Below, one piece after another: positions 51,634-64,000 of a DNA stretch of 64,000 bases. The DNA lies in assembly GCF_006345805.1 (NCBI RefSeq), contig NW_021836149.1:1-64000 (forward strand), read 5' to 3'. A model generated the notes under the pieces. That model ran no database searches and was not told where the DNA came from. It saw nothing but the letters and a program-made list of their open reading frames with translations. How positions within the stretch are numbered: the first letter of the stretch is position 1; every line of letters begins with the position of its first letter. Source of the stretch: Octopus sinensis. Lineage: Eukaryota. Made by a program: the position numbers and the translations under genes.

Positions 51634-52014
51634 GCCCTTTGTGTTTCCATCATGTAAAATCATATAGGAAAGTGGAAATAATTTCTTTCGTAAAAAAAGG
51701 TATAATACAGTGTTAAGGCAGGTATGAAATTGTAAAATAATACTTTTTTTTTTTTTACTAATGTGTATTCTCTTAACTTTATTTCATCATTTTATTTTAT
51801 ATTGCAAATTGCGAACATCAGCATCGTTGGTTATAAGTTTCCAATTGCTGGTTCACTGAATCTAGTTTCTGATTGCAAGAACGATAACGGGAAGCCAGTA
51901 ACGGTGTATCTCTGCGGATTTAATTCTTAAAGCAATATGCTTTTCAGGTTTGTTCCCTGGTATTTTAAAATCTTTTGCCAATATATGTCTGCAAAAAGAT
52001 ACATACAGGCTCAA

Positions 52015-52710
52015 GCACGCACACACACACATGCATATATACACTCACTCATACGCATGCACACACACACACTCATACACATGCACACACACACACACAC
52101 ACACTCATACACACTCTCTCATGCACACATACAAACTCATGCGCATACATAGACATAGTAGTGGTTACATAGTCAATGAGTATCCAACATGTGGTTGCTG
52201 CTCACTAAACACAAACACGCACATACACACATACACACGTACGTACACACATACATGCATACACACATGCATACATACACACATACATACACACACACAT
52301 ACATACATACAAACATACATACGCACATACATACACATATACATACACATGCATGCACACACATACATACATACATGCATGCATTCATGCATACACACAT
52401 ACATGCATACATACATGCATACACACATACATACACACATGAATGCACACACACACATACATACATGCATACATACATGCATGCATTCATGCATACATAT
52501 ATGCATACATGCATACATGCATGCATACATACATACACACATGCATACACACATACACACATACATACACACATGCATGCACACACATGCATGCATGCAT
52601 TCATACATACATATATGTATACATGCATACACACATGCATGCATGCATGCATACACATACACATGCTTACAAACACACATACACACACACATGCATACAC
52701 ACATACATAT
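52015..52710. repeat. Compound (CA)n/(CATA)n/(CATG)n low-complexity repeat
   Basis: Directly visible; source of the His/Thr-rich pseudo-ORFs. Confidence 0.9.
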
Positions 52711-52959
52711 TTGCACTAAGTGCAAGAATGGGTTTGTGGTTAGAAAGTTCACTTAGCAAATATGTGGTTGCTTCACTTTATGGCACTTTAGCAAAAGCCT
52801 TCTCTAGCCTTGTGAGTGAAATTGGTAGACTGAAGCTGTGCAAATTCCCACCATGGATGTGTGCACATATGTGTGCATACATGCATGTGTATAAGTTTAT
52901 ATATGTCAGTCTCTATATCACTATATCTATATTATTGATACTGCTATAAAAAAAAAATG

Positions 52960-53897
52960 GGATCTTTTCCCTTTGAACGGCAGATCGAGAAATTAATTTT
53001 TTGTAAATTAAACACTTTCAAACTTCGGACGTTGGTAGAATGTGTCATATAACACATCTTTTACTCTTAGTGTTTTTGAGAAAAGTTTATATTTACGAAG
53101 TTATTTCATGTTAAAGTAGTCGTATTTCGGTAACTTCAACCAATCAATGACGTGTATTCAGCTGAATAAAATTACTACCGTTGTTTGTCAACAACAACTA
53201 TCGGCGGTGTATTTTTCATTTGTCACTGTTATTTATGATATCGTTTGTGCATTTGTACTGGCTTTAGCTTTAAGATTTTAGGGTTAGGGTTTTAGGATTG
53301 GTTTTAGGGTTAGAGTTATGGAAAAAAAGAAAAATGAAGAAATTGGAGGTGTAGGGGGCAAAAAAGTCTTTCCGAAAATAGTAGCTGAAAAAAAGACTAA
53401 AAGCAGTAGAAATGCATGAACGATTATGGTGGTGCCATGAAGTAAACATGCTTCAGATACACTCGTTTATTCATACAAACGTAACTGAGATGAAATATGT
53501 CATAAACAACAGTGACAAACGAAATATACACCGCCGGAAGTTGTTTTTGATAAACAATGGCAGTAATTTTATTGAACTGAATACATGTCATTGATTGGCT
53601 GAAAATGCTGGTGTGTTTACATCCCCGTAATTTAGCGGTTCGGCGAAACAGACCGATAGAATAAGTACTAGGCTTACAAAAAATAAGTCCTGGGATCGAT
53701 TTGCTCAACTAAAGGGAGTGCTCCAGCATGGCCACAGCCAAATTTAACACAAAATAACTTCGTAAATATAAACTTTTCTCAAAAACGCTAAGAGTAAAAG
53801 ATGTTTTATATGACACATTCTACCAGTATACGAAGTTTGAAAGTGTTTAGTTACAAAAAATTATTTTCCAAATCTGCCGGTCAAAAGGAAAAGATCC
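52960..53897. mobile_element. Foldback MITE M2 related to M1 (long ~280-bp inverted arms)
   Basis: GGATCTTTTCCCTTTGAACGGCAG / CTGCCGGTCAAAAGGAAAAGATCC termini; perfect TSD AAAAAATG; central TTAGGG repeats; SINE A fragment at 53605-53743 in the right arm. Confidence 0.9.
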
Positions 53898-54589
53898 AAA
53901 AAATGTTGTCTGCACTTGTCACATTACATAGCAGTTTGACAAATAGGGTCCCTGAAATAAATACCAGCGTTACAAAAGACAAATAATTATAAGGGTCAAT
54001 AAGACTGATTAAACCCATGAAACCAGTGTCACTTCATTGTTGCTGCCCAATAACTGAAACAAATAAAACAATACTTAAAATAACTAATAGTACATACAGA
54101 CCGTCATCGTTGCGAAGTGCTGCTGCCCCGAATCGCACGGCCAACGACGACACGCGGAGGGAGCCCGACAAGCAGAAGCACAGAGGAAGAGGAACAACAA
54201 TGACAGCGAGGCCGCACACCCGCGGACGCTGACGCCGACGATGACTAAGAGCACGCCCGCTGATCGCTCCGGCGCCGCGCAACTCGTCTCGCATATACTC
54301 ATCCAGTCCGCGTCTCCTCCATCCGAGCAACCGCCGCCCTCCATCGTTGCCGTCGCTGCTGCCGCCGTCTCGTCGTTCGGTGTTTGCTCTGTGGGATGTT
54401 GATGATGAATAAAGTCTCATACAGTTTCCACCTAGTAAACTCTACTCACAAGGTATTGGTTAACCCAAACCTATGATGGAAGATCAAAGATGCAAGAAAA
54501 TCTTGTTCAAGTATGGAAGCATAAAAGTGCTAGTATTTGTACATTGTTTCTTTCCTGACCTTTATATTGCTTCATTTCTTCTATATCTA

Positions 54590-54941
54590 GGTATAGGAGT
54601 GGCTGTGTGGTAAGTAGTTTGCTTACCAACCACATGGTTCCAGGTTCAGTCCCACTGCATGGCACCTTGGGCAAGTGTCTTCTACTATAGCCTCAGGCCG
54701 ACCAAAGCCTTGTGAGCGGATTTGGTAGATGGAAACTAAAAGAAGCCCGTCGTATGTGTGTGTCCCCCAACATTGCTTGACAACCGATGCTGGTGTGTTT
54801 ACGTCCCTGTAACTTACCGGTTCGGCAAAAGAGACCAATAGAATAAGTACTTACAAAGAATAAGTCCTGGGGTCGATTTGCTCAACTAAAGGCGGTGCTC
54901 CAGCATGGCCACATTCAAATGACTGAAACAAGTAAAGAGAG
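54590..54941 (+). mobile_element. SINE family A
   Basis: Head, core and tail as at 16399. Confidence 0.9.
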
Positions 54942-55204
54942 CATCTCTCAGTTAAAGTTTCATAGCTCTGTACATTTCACTTGGTGGAATCTCTGTCTTT
55001 TGTCATGTAAGCTGTTAAAAGTAAGTATTTTAGCTCTAGTTTTATCACATTGTTTTGTTAGTTTGAATAGAAGTAAGTCAATGTCTGAAGTTAGAGATTA
55101 GGAACACTGTGGTGTTGTTTTTGTTTTTGCTGAGTCTGAAGGAAGGAGCAGCAACAATGAGAATTACAGGTCTTCTGAAAGTGTTAAAAACATGAAGCTA
55201 TTAA

Positions 55205-55426
55205 CCCTTTCATTACCATATTTCTGTTGAGATGCTCTGTGTTTCTTTCAATTAATTTTAGATATAACAAAGAAATTAGTAAAATAACTTAGTTATCATT
55301 CAACTAGTGTTAGGAGCACAAATTGTGACTAAGGTTTGGTGGAAGATTTCAATTTAGAACTTTTGAAAACAAGACATTTATGCTACAGAGCCAGAGGCAG
55401 TTTCAGGCGGGTTGGTATCAAAAGGG
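55205..55426. mobile_element. piggyBac-like MITE
   Basis: TTAA|CCCTTTCATTACC ... GGTATCAAAAGGG|TTCA (decayed TTAA). Confidence 0.75.
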
Positions 55427-56409
55427 TTCATGTTCCCTCAAAATGGAAAGAAGCCAACTCCTTGAGAAAAGACATGAACAGGAAGGTGCACAGGTTAAAC
55501 ACACCAAAGGCATTGAGAGATTGAGGAACAAGTCAGCCATGGGTACTTGACTGATTGACGTACAAGACCAAAGATCTACCTTGTAGTATAAAACCAGATA
55601 TTATGTTTCTTCTGGAGTAACTTTAAAGAGTTAGTTGTAATTGTTAATCTTTCTGATAATCATTAATTCACATTAGAGATCTGAACTCTAGACATTAAGT
55701 ACCATTTACATCAATAATAAAATATTTCCGCTACTAAATATTAATAAGCTGTCCTGTTCTATTTGGCTTTGCTTTTCCCCCTCATTTTGTCTAGCTAATG
55801 ATTTCAGTTGCTGGTTAATCTATTTTTTTTGTTTTTTTCCAATCGGCAATACTATGGAAGAACATTTGGTTTCTGGAACTTTCCTTATTTGATGCTTTCT
55901 GATACTGACAATGTTTTCAGCTCTAGAAATATCATTAGGAGAATGTTCTGTTCTTTCAATGGCAGAATAGCATAAAAGAAATATAAAAGAACAAAAGAAC
56001 TTGTATTAATCTGTGTCAAGGTGATAATATTTTTTTTTCTTTCACATGCATTGAAGTAATGTTAAGATAAAGAAAACATATTTAAAATGAAGAAAAATCT
56101 CTTTAGTGCATTACAAGAAAAAAGAAAAGAGAAAATGAAAAAAAAACCCAGAAAAATATTATTTTTGCTTATCTGTTGAAGTGCTGAAATGTAGAAGGCA
56201 GACATCTAAATAAGGCAAAGAAAACATCTCAAATAAAAGAATAGAATAAAAAGGAAAAAAATTTAAATAAAAATTCAATGAACTTTATAAAGATAAAAAA
56301 ATTATTATAATATATGTGTATGTATGTGTGCAAGAGTGTAGATACATGTGTGTTACATATATGTGTATGTGTGTGCTTAGGTTTGAATGTATGTATATGT
56401 GTGTGTGTA

Positions 56410-56442
<33 letters not shown>

Positions 56443-57067
56443 GTGTATGTGTGTGGGTGAAACCACTTGCAGAAAGCAGTACAAAACAGACCTGAAGGAA
56501 TTGAAGCAATGTAAAAGAAACAAAAACAAAATGGAAACCAGACAATTTATGAAACATTTTTATATACTTTCTATCCGCATTCATTTTTCGTTGAATATTT
56601 TTCTTAGTTTTTTATGATATTTATCTTTTTTTCTACACCCCCACCTCATACCGTTTTCCTGTTTACACACTTGTTTTCAAAGGGAAGCAAAGTACCAAGT
56701 ATCAAGTGAGCTTGTGTTGCTTCTCCACAATTCTTTATCTGTCATCTTTTACCATTTTTTTCTTTCTTTCATGTCTTTCAATGAATTGGCATTAAGTGAA
56801 GCAAATCAAAACAGTGTTTTTGCTAAATAAGAATGTCTTTTACTCATTTTCACCTTGTCCGTTTTACTTTTACATAGTTCAAAATTTTTCATTATTCATA
56901 TTTTGTTTTTATATATATATGTATATATATATATGTGTATATATATATATATGTATATATACATATGTGTTTGTGTGTGTGTGTGTGTATATGTATATAT
57001 ATATGTATGTGTATATATATATGTGTGTGTATATGTATATATATGTATATATATGTATTTATATATC

Positions 57068-57465
57068 ATAGATAAATAGATAGATAGGTAGCTAGATTAG
57101 ATAGATAGATAGCAAGATAGATTAGACAGATAGCAAAATAGATAGGTAGGTAGGTAGATATATAGGCAGCTAGATAGATAGCAAGATAGGTAGGTAGGTA
57201 GATAGCAAGATAGATAGGCAGATAGATAGATAGCAAAATAGATAGGTAGGTAGATAGATAGATAGATAGTAAGATAGATAGGTAGGTAGGTAGATTAGAT
57301 AGATAGCAAAATAGATAGGTAGGTAGATAGATAGATAGATAGTAAGATAGATAGGTAGGTAGGTAGATTAGATAGATAGCAAAATAGATAGGTAGGTAGA
57401 TAGATAGATAGATAGTAAGATAGATAGGTAGGTAGGTAGATTAGATAGATAGCAAAATGGATAGA
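57068..57465. repeat. (TAGA)n/(TAGG)n satellite with a 73-bp higher-order unit x3
   Basis: TAGCAAAA recurs at 57231, 57304, 57377 and 57450. Confidence 0.9.
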
Positions 57466-58323
57466 ATACACACACATGTGCATACACACATACATATATA
57501 CACACACATACAATACAAATGTTGTTTTGTGTGTGTGTACTTGCATAATTTTAAATAAATACTGGCCCTACACTTCTTACAGTTCCCATCAAATAACAAT
57601 ATTGCTTCACACTTAAGAAAAAAACTGATGCTTGAGCATTCAATTGAATGGATTAAAATAACCATACAAGGTGAAAAAAACAATACTGCTCTAGATTTCA
57701 TATTCTGAGGTTTGCAATTTACCAATGCAGCAATTGCTTTTAAACTGACATGCAAAGAGTACAAAAGGGGGGGAAAAAATGCCATTTTTATGTAATATTT
57801 TTTAAAATTTTTTATTTTATTTTATTCATTTATTTATTGCTTGCTTTCATTTTGTGGCGGTTTGTTAAACTGGTTTTGTTATTGAATAAGTTACAAAAAA
57901 TGTACACCATTTATGTGTAGACATTTGTAATTGGCCTTCAGTTTTTGTTATTTTTATATGCAATCTACTGGCTGAAGAGTACAGAATAAAACAGAGTAAA
58001 TAAATTCAATATACATGTGTATAAATGTTGTGGATATTTTAATGGTTACCTAGTGTTTACTATTACATACATGCATACATTGATTTCTAATATTCAGAAG
58101 AAGAAAAAAAGAGAGACTGCAGATATGAAGAGAAAGGTTATAGTCATTGGAATCAATCATATTATGTTATTATTGCTTATTTATTGATCACTTGAAGGAC
58201 GAAGGATAAAAACCAGTTCTGGAAGCATTGAAAGTCATATTTAAAAAAGGACATAAGGGACCACCTCAAAGAATTTGTGTGTCACTCCTGTATTATATGT
58301 TTATGCAGGTGTCTGTGTGTTTA

Positions 58324-58708
58324 TCTCTCTCTATATAAACGGCAGTTTGTCTGTGCGTGTTTCTGTGTGTCTGTTTGCTTGTACCCTCACCCTGACCACG
58401 GCTTTCAACCGATTCTGATGAAACTTGACACACACATAGCCCAATGTCATAATTCAAAACTAACGCAGCGAAAATTTTGAAAAGTTCCCCCAGTTCTGAA
58501 AAAAATCGATAAATTCGACATGGGGTCGAGAATCAGGAATACGAACCACAAACTGTCTAGGGGACGCAACTCTACCTTTTTTAAATCTCAAAAAAAAATT
58601 TACCATCATTTTTTTCCATTTTTTTGCTATTTTTTGGCTATAACTCTCTAAAAATGCTTTATAGTTATTTCCCTTACAAACCTGAGCAACGCCGGGTGAT
58701 ACTGCTAG
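58324..58708 (+). mobile_element. Non-autonomous Helitron
   Basis: A|TCTCTCTCTATATAAAC start; CCTGAGCAACGCCGGG hairpin; CTAG|T end. Confidence 0.9.
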
Positions 58709-58721
58709 TATACATATAAAT

Positions 58722-59236
58722 TCATGGCTGTTTCCTGCACCAGCTTCACATAGAAGACCCAACCCATCCAAAATGCCTTGGATTGCAGGACGGCCTGCTG
58801 TGCTTACCTTGGATCGTAGGGCGATCTGCAGTGCTTGAGGAGACCTATTGAATCAAGTACATCAACATCAAAACATCAAATGGAAATTGTAGTTGCGCTA
58901 CCTGTGCTGGTGGCACATAAAAAGCACCATCCAAACGTGGCCGATGCCAGTGCTGCCTTGACTGGCTTCTATGCTGGTGGCATGTAAAAAGCAACAACCA
59001 ATCGTAGCCATTGCCAGCCCCCCCCCCCCCGCACCTGTGCCAGTGGCACGTAAAAAGCACCCACTACACTCACGGAGTGGTTGGTGTTAGGATGGGTATC
59101 CAGCTGTAGAAACACTGCCAGATCAGACTGGAGCCTGGTGCAGCCTCCTGGCTTCCCAGACCCCAGTCGAACCGTCCAACCTATGCTAGCATGGAAAACG
59201 GACGTTAAACGATGATGGGGATGATGATGATGATGA
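58722..59236 (+). mobile_element. RTE 3' end / RTE-derived SINE
   Basis: GTGCTTGAGGAGACC, three internal units, conserved body, (GAT)n tail. Confidence 0.75.
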
Positions 59237-59504
59237 TATCACTTGATCACATGACTGACTAGGCTATCAAGTGTTGTTACACATCACTGGTTACAATGTG
59301 CTTTACATCATTTTAACCTTTGATTGACACCACCCCACTGGCTAGGGGGGGCAGGCCAGCATTCCTCACCAGTCAAAATGGTGACTATAGCAATGTGAAA
59401 TGAAATGTTTAGTTCAAGAACACAATGCACTGCCCAGTCTGGGAATCAAACTCACAATCTAGCAGTTGGGAGTACAACAGTCAAAACACTAGGCCATGTG
59501 CCTT

Positions 59505-59507
<3 letters not shown>

Positions 59508-59557
<50 letters not shown>

Positions 59558-60607
59558 ACTCACTCCACTCACTCACTCACTCACTCACTCACTCACTCAC
59601 TCACTCACTCACTCACTCACTCACTCACTCACTCACTCACTCACTCACTCCTCACTCACTCACTCACTCACTCACTCACTCACTCACTCACTCACCACTC
59701 ACTCACTCACTCACTCACTCACTCACTCACTCACTCACTCACTCACTCACTCACTCCTCACTCACTCACTCACTCACTCACTCACTCACTCAACTCACTC
59801 ACTCACTCACTCACTCACTCACTCACTCACTCACTCACTCACTCACTCACTCACTCACTCACTCACTCACTCACTCACTCACTCACTCACTCACTCACTC
59901 ACTCACTCACTCACTCACTCACTCACTCACTCACTCACTCTCACTCACTCACTCACTCACTCACTCACTCACTCACTCACTCACTCACTCACTCACTCAC
60001 TCACTCACTCACTCACTCACTCACTCACTCACTCACTCACTCACTCACTCACTCACTCACTCACTCACTCACTCACTCACTCACTCACTCACCACTCACT
60101 CACTCACTCACTCACTCACTCACTCACTCACTCACTCACTCACTCACTCACTCACTCACTCACTCACTCACTCACTCACTCACTCACTCACTCACTCACT
60201 CACTCACTCACACTCACTCACTCACTCACTCACTCACTCACTCACACTCACTCACTCACTCACTCACTCACTCACTCACTCACACTCACTCACTCACTCA
60301 CTCACTCACTCACTCACTCACTCACTCACTCACTCACTCACTCACTCACTCATCACTCACTCACTCACTCACTCACTCACTCACTCACTCACTCACTCAC
60401 TCACTCACTCACTCACTCACTCACTCACTCACTCACTCACTCACTCACTCACTCACTCACTCACTCACTCACTCACTCACTCACTCACTCACTCACTCAC
60501 TCACTCACTCACTCACTCACTCACTCACTCACTCACTCACTCACTCACTCACTCACTCACTCACTCACTCACTCACTCACTCACTCACTCACTCACTCAC
60601 TCACTCA
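59508..60607. repeat. (CT)n followed by a ~1.05-kb (ACTC)n tetranucleotide satellite
   Basis: Directly visible. Confidence 0.98.
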
Positions 60608-60936
60608 CGTTCTTTCATATAAGGCTCAATTTTGGAATCAATCATGTTAAGTCATTATTGTTCATTTATTGATCACTTGAAGGACGAAGGATAAAAACCA
60701 GTTCTGCAAGCATTGAAAGTCATATTTAAAACAAGAAATTTGTTTGTCCCTCCAGAATTATATGTTTATGTCTGTGTACATATCACTTGATCACATGACT
60801 GACTAGGCTATCAAATGTTGTTACACATCACTGGTTACAATGTGCTTTGCATCATTTTAGCCTTTGATTGACACTATCCCACTGGCTAGGTGGGGCAGGC
60901 GAGCATTCCTCACCAGTCCAAATGATGACTATAGCA

Positions 60937-61353
60937 ATCATCATCATTGTTTAACATCTGTTTTCCATGCTAGCATGGGTTAGACGGTTCAACCAGGTCT
61001 GGAAAGCCAGGAGGCTGCACCAGGCTACAGTCTGATCTGGAAGTGTTTCAACAGCTGGATGCCCTTCCTAACACCAACCACTCTGTGAGTGTAGTGGGTG
61101 CTTTTTACATGCCACCGGCATCGAAGCCAGTCAAGGTGGTGCTGGCATCAGCTATGCTTGGATGGTGCTTTTTATGTGCCACTGGCACAGGTATCACAAC
61201 TACAATTTCCATCTGATTTTTTGATGTTGATGTACTTGACTCAATAGGTCTCCTCAAGCACAGCAGGTCGCCTTACAATCAAAGGTAAGCACAGCAGGCC
61301 ATCCTGCGATCCAAGGCACTTTGGATGGGCTGGGGCTTCTATGTGAAGCTGGT
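60937..61353 (-). mobile_element. RTE 3' end / RTE-derived SINE
   Basis: Reverse complement of 58738-59236; the empty site GCAAT|GTGAA is seen in the paralogous copy near 59395. Confidence 0.8.
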
Positions 61354-61821
61354 GAAATGAAATATTTTGTTCAAGAACACAATGTACTGCCCAATCTGGG
61401 AATCAAACTCACAATCTAGCAGTTGAGAGTATAACAGTTAAAGCACTAGGCCATAGTGCTAATATAGTTTGGACGAGAAGTTGTTTTGCATCAAGTTTGT
61501 GCAGACAGATACGATTCCAGTTGCCAAATTTTGCTTGTTTTGCAAGTATAAATTCTATTTTCATATGCCACAGATTTTTGTAAGTGCACAGCAATCGCTT
61601 TGCAATGCCAACAGGCAATGTAAATATCTTCCACAACTTCAATTAGGTGAAGATGTGGGATATCAGCATCCACTTACACGTGAGTACTTACATGCATACA
61701 CATGCACACACACACATACATACATACATACATACATACACACACGCATATAGAGATACATATATCTATATACACACACATATACATATATATACATACA
61801 TCTATACATATATATATATAT

Positions 61822-61894
<73 letters not shown>

Positions 61895-62458
61895 GTATAT
61901 ATATATATGTATATATATATATGTATATATATATGTATATATATATGTATATATATATATGTATATATATATGTAATACATATATATGTATATATATATG
62001 TATATATATATGTAATACATATATATGTATATATATATATGTATATATATATGTAATACATACATATATATGTATATATATATATGTAATACATATATAT
62101 ATATGTATATATATATATATGTATGTATGTGTGAGCGTGTGTGTGTGTGTGTAAGTACTTACTTGTAAGTGAATGCTGATATCTCACATCTTCACCTCGG
62201 AAAGGTGCAGTCTTTCTGTCCTTCGTAATCCACAATGACAATTACTGCCTCTATCCTGGAACCTAGTATAACTGTTTTTTCCTCATATCTCTCTCTTGGC
62301 TACCATTTCCGGTGATCAACCTCATCTCTTTCTCTTTTCATTTTCTTCTTCCTGTTGCTGACTTACATAAACCCCTCTGTACATGCATGGTCCTTCAAAT
62401 TGCACTACTTCCTACCTGCCACATGCAACAAATTAGCCAGCTAAACATTGATTCTACA

Positions 62459-62586
62459 GTGAAGGTAAAGAATACACAAACCACCTATTTTCAGCGTTTA
62501 GGGTTAGGGTTATAGTTCAGGTTATGGTTAAGCTTAGGGTTAGGGTTACACTGAAAATGGGTGGTGTATGTATTCTTTACCTCCAC
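62459..62586. mobile_element. Tiny foldback element with a telomere-like spacer
   Basis: 39-bp inverted arms (34/39 match) around 50 bp of degenerate TTAGGG. Confidence 0.65.
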
Positions 62587-63401
62587 CAATTAATTCTTCA
62601 TCCCCTTAATCATACATCATTCATTTATTTGCATTTCTACCTTATAAAATACTAACCCACATATAATTCAATTTAATTTAAGCTAACTTATCATAATTTT
62701 GACATTCATTAGTTATGCACCCCTGCCTTTGATCCCTTGCTTAATTTCTTGCATCATCCTATTCTTATTATTATTCTGTGTACTATAATGTTTACCTCTA
62801 ACTCATAATAATCTTAATTTACATAACCATAGGTCTTCTATTTACAATATTTCTTCCCTGATTTCTCTGTTCTTCTCTCTATTTATTTCTGTCATGGCTC
62901 AGAAAATTACAGTTTTCTGTCCTTCCTTATTCGTGATGTACCCACCTATTTCCACCCCCACCACCTATACTGGAAATCTCTCCTCCATACCAGAAAGCTC
63001 CCATGGCTCCACCTCCACCTCAAGTAGCAAAAGACTCTCTTCTGTACCAGAAAACTCTCATGGTCCCCCTACCCCCAGCAGTCTCATTCACATGACTGCA
63101 TGCACCAAAACGGGACTCCATTACTTATTTAGTCAATGAAAAAAAACTACCATTAGCTATTTTAATTATTCATTTTAATTATTTATCCATTTATGTTTGT
63201 ATCAATTCTGCTTATATTAACAATGCTTGTATTACACTCACTTCAAACAGAGGCAGCACTTTTAATATGAACGAATGATGGTAGATTAATGTGAGGACAA
63301 CTGATACAACATATCTGCTGTCAAAAACTCATTGAAACCTTCTTTTCAGATGCTGAATACCATCCCCTCCTTTCCATGTTACCTCCTACATCCCTTTCCA
63401 C

Positions 63402-63560
63402 TTTTTCATAGTTGGTACTGTCAATGTAGGCACATTGAAAGGTAGGTCTGGTGAGACTGTTGAGATGCTTGAATGAAGGCATGTTGATATGAGTTGCATT
63501 CAAGAAGTAAGGTGGAGGGAGGCTTCATCCAGGTCCCACATGAGCAAGAAATAGAGTTAT
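63402..63560 (+). pseudogene. RTE LINE APE-endonuclease N-terminal fragment
   Basis: VGTVNVGTLKGRSGETVEMLE*RHVDMSCIQEVRW. Confidence 0.85.
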
Positions 63561-63704
63561 AGAATCTTCTGTGTGGTTAAGAAGCTTGTTTCCCAACCAT
63601 GTGATCTTAGGTTCAGTTCCATCGTGTGGCACCTTGGACAAGTGTATTTTGCTACAGTCAATGAACAAAACTCTTCTCCCTTGAGTCTCCTTGTAATTTC
63701 TGTT

Positions 63705-64000
63705 GATTAAATAACACAATATAGGGTCCCAGGTGATACGATCAACGGAACTGCTTGCTCGTGAAATTAATGTGCAAGTGACTCCACAGACGCATGTACC
63801 ATTAATGCAGTTCTCAGGGAGATTCAGCATGACACAGTGTGTGACAAGGCTGGCCCTTTGAAATACAGGTTCAACTCATTTTTGCCAGCTGAGTGGACTG
63901 GAGCAACATGAAATAAAGTGTCTTGCTCAAGGACACAACACTGGGAATTGAACTCATGGTCTTATGATCATGAGCCAAATGCCCTAACAACTAAGTCATG
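63705..64000 (-). mobile_element. tRNA-derived CORE-like SINE (family E)
   Basis: Minus strand TGACTTAGTTG box A, GAGTTCAATTCC box B, TGTGTCCTTGAGCAAGACACTTTA core. Confidence 0.8.

Noticed and set aside
51862-51988. Possible minus-strand exon (TTTTTGCAG|..HILAKDFKIPGNKPEKHIALRIK...)
   Set aside because: No recognisable homology and no clear donor; could be chance.
51950-52949. His/Thr- and Cys/Val/Met-rich ORFs up to 268 aa
   Set aside because: Products of (CA)/(CATA)/(CATG) low-complexity repeats; the same applies to the YI-repeat ORFs across the window.
57540-58020. 3'-UTR-like AT-rich stretch with AATAAA signals
   Set aside because: AATAAA is frequent by chance at this AT content and no linked coding exon was found.
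59405-60672. Three ~400-aa ORFs (SLTH repeats)
   Set aside because: Translation of the (ACTC)n satellite, which has no stop in any plus frame.

Overview
AT-rich eukaryotic genomic DNA made almost entirely of transposable-element relics and microsatellites. The repeat repertoire resembles what I recall from Octopus (coleoid cephalopod) genomes; this is recognition, not a search result. I find no intact host protein-coding gene, and the long ORFs in the track are microsatellite artefacts. The window holds a Gypsy integrase/LTR relic, a tandem L1/Tx1 ORF1-like element, and mariner/Tc1, hAT, Penelope, RTE and CR1 fragments. It also holds non-autonomous Helitrons, several MITE families (including GGATC-ended, 8-bp-TSD MITEs carrying TTAGGG repeats), many tRNA-derived SINEs, and two local duplications. 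The most interesting observations are: (1) a full-length U6 snRNA retrocopy fused to a retroposon 3' tail whose terminal hairpin covaries with that of the dominant SINE; (2) three separate templated-insertion or repair scars, two with the donor visible in the window; (3) an apparently ORF1-only element in head-to-tail tandem; (4) telomere-repeat/G4-carrying MITEs; and (5) a hammerhead-like fold with a long stem II. Coordinates were read by eye and may be off by a few bases.
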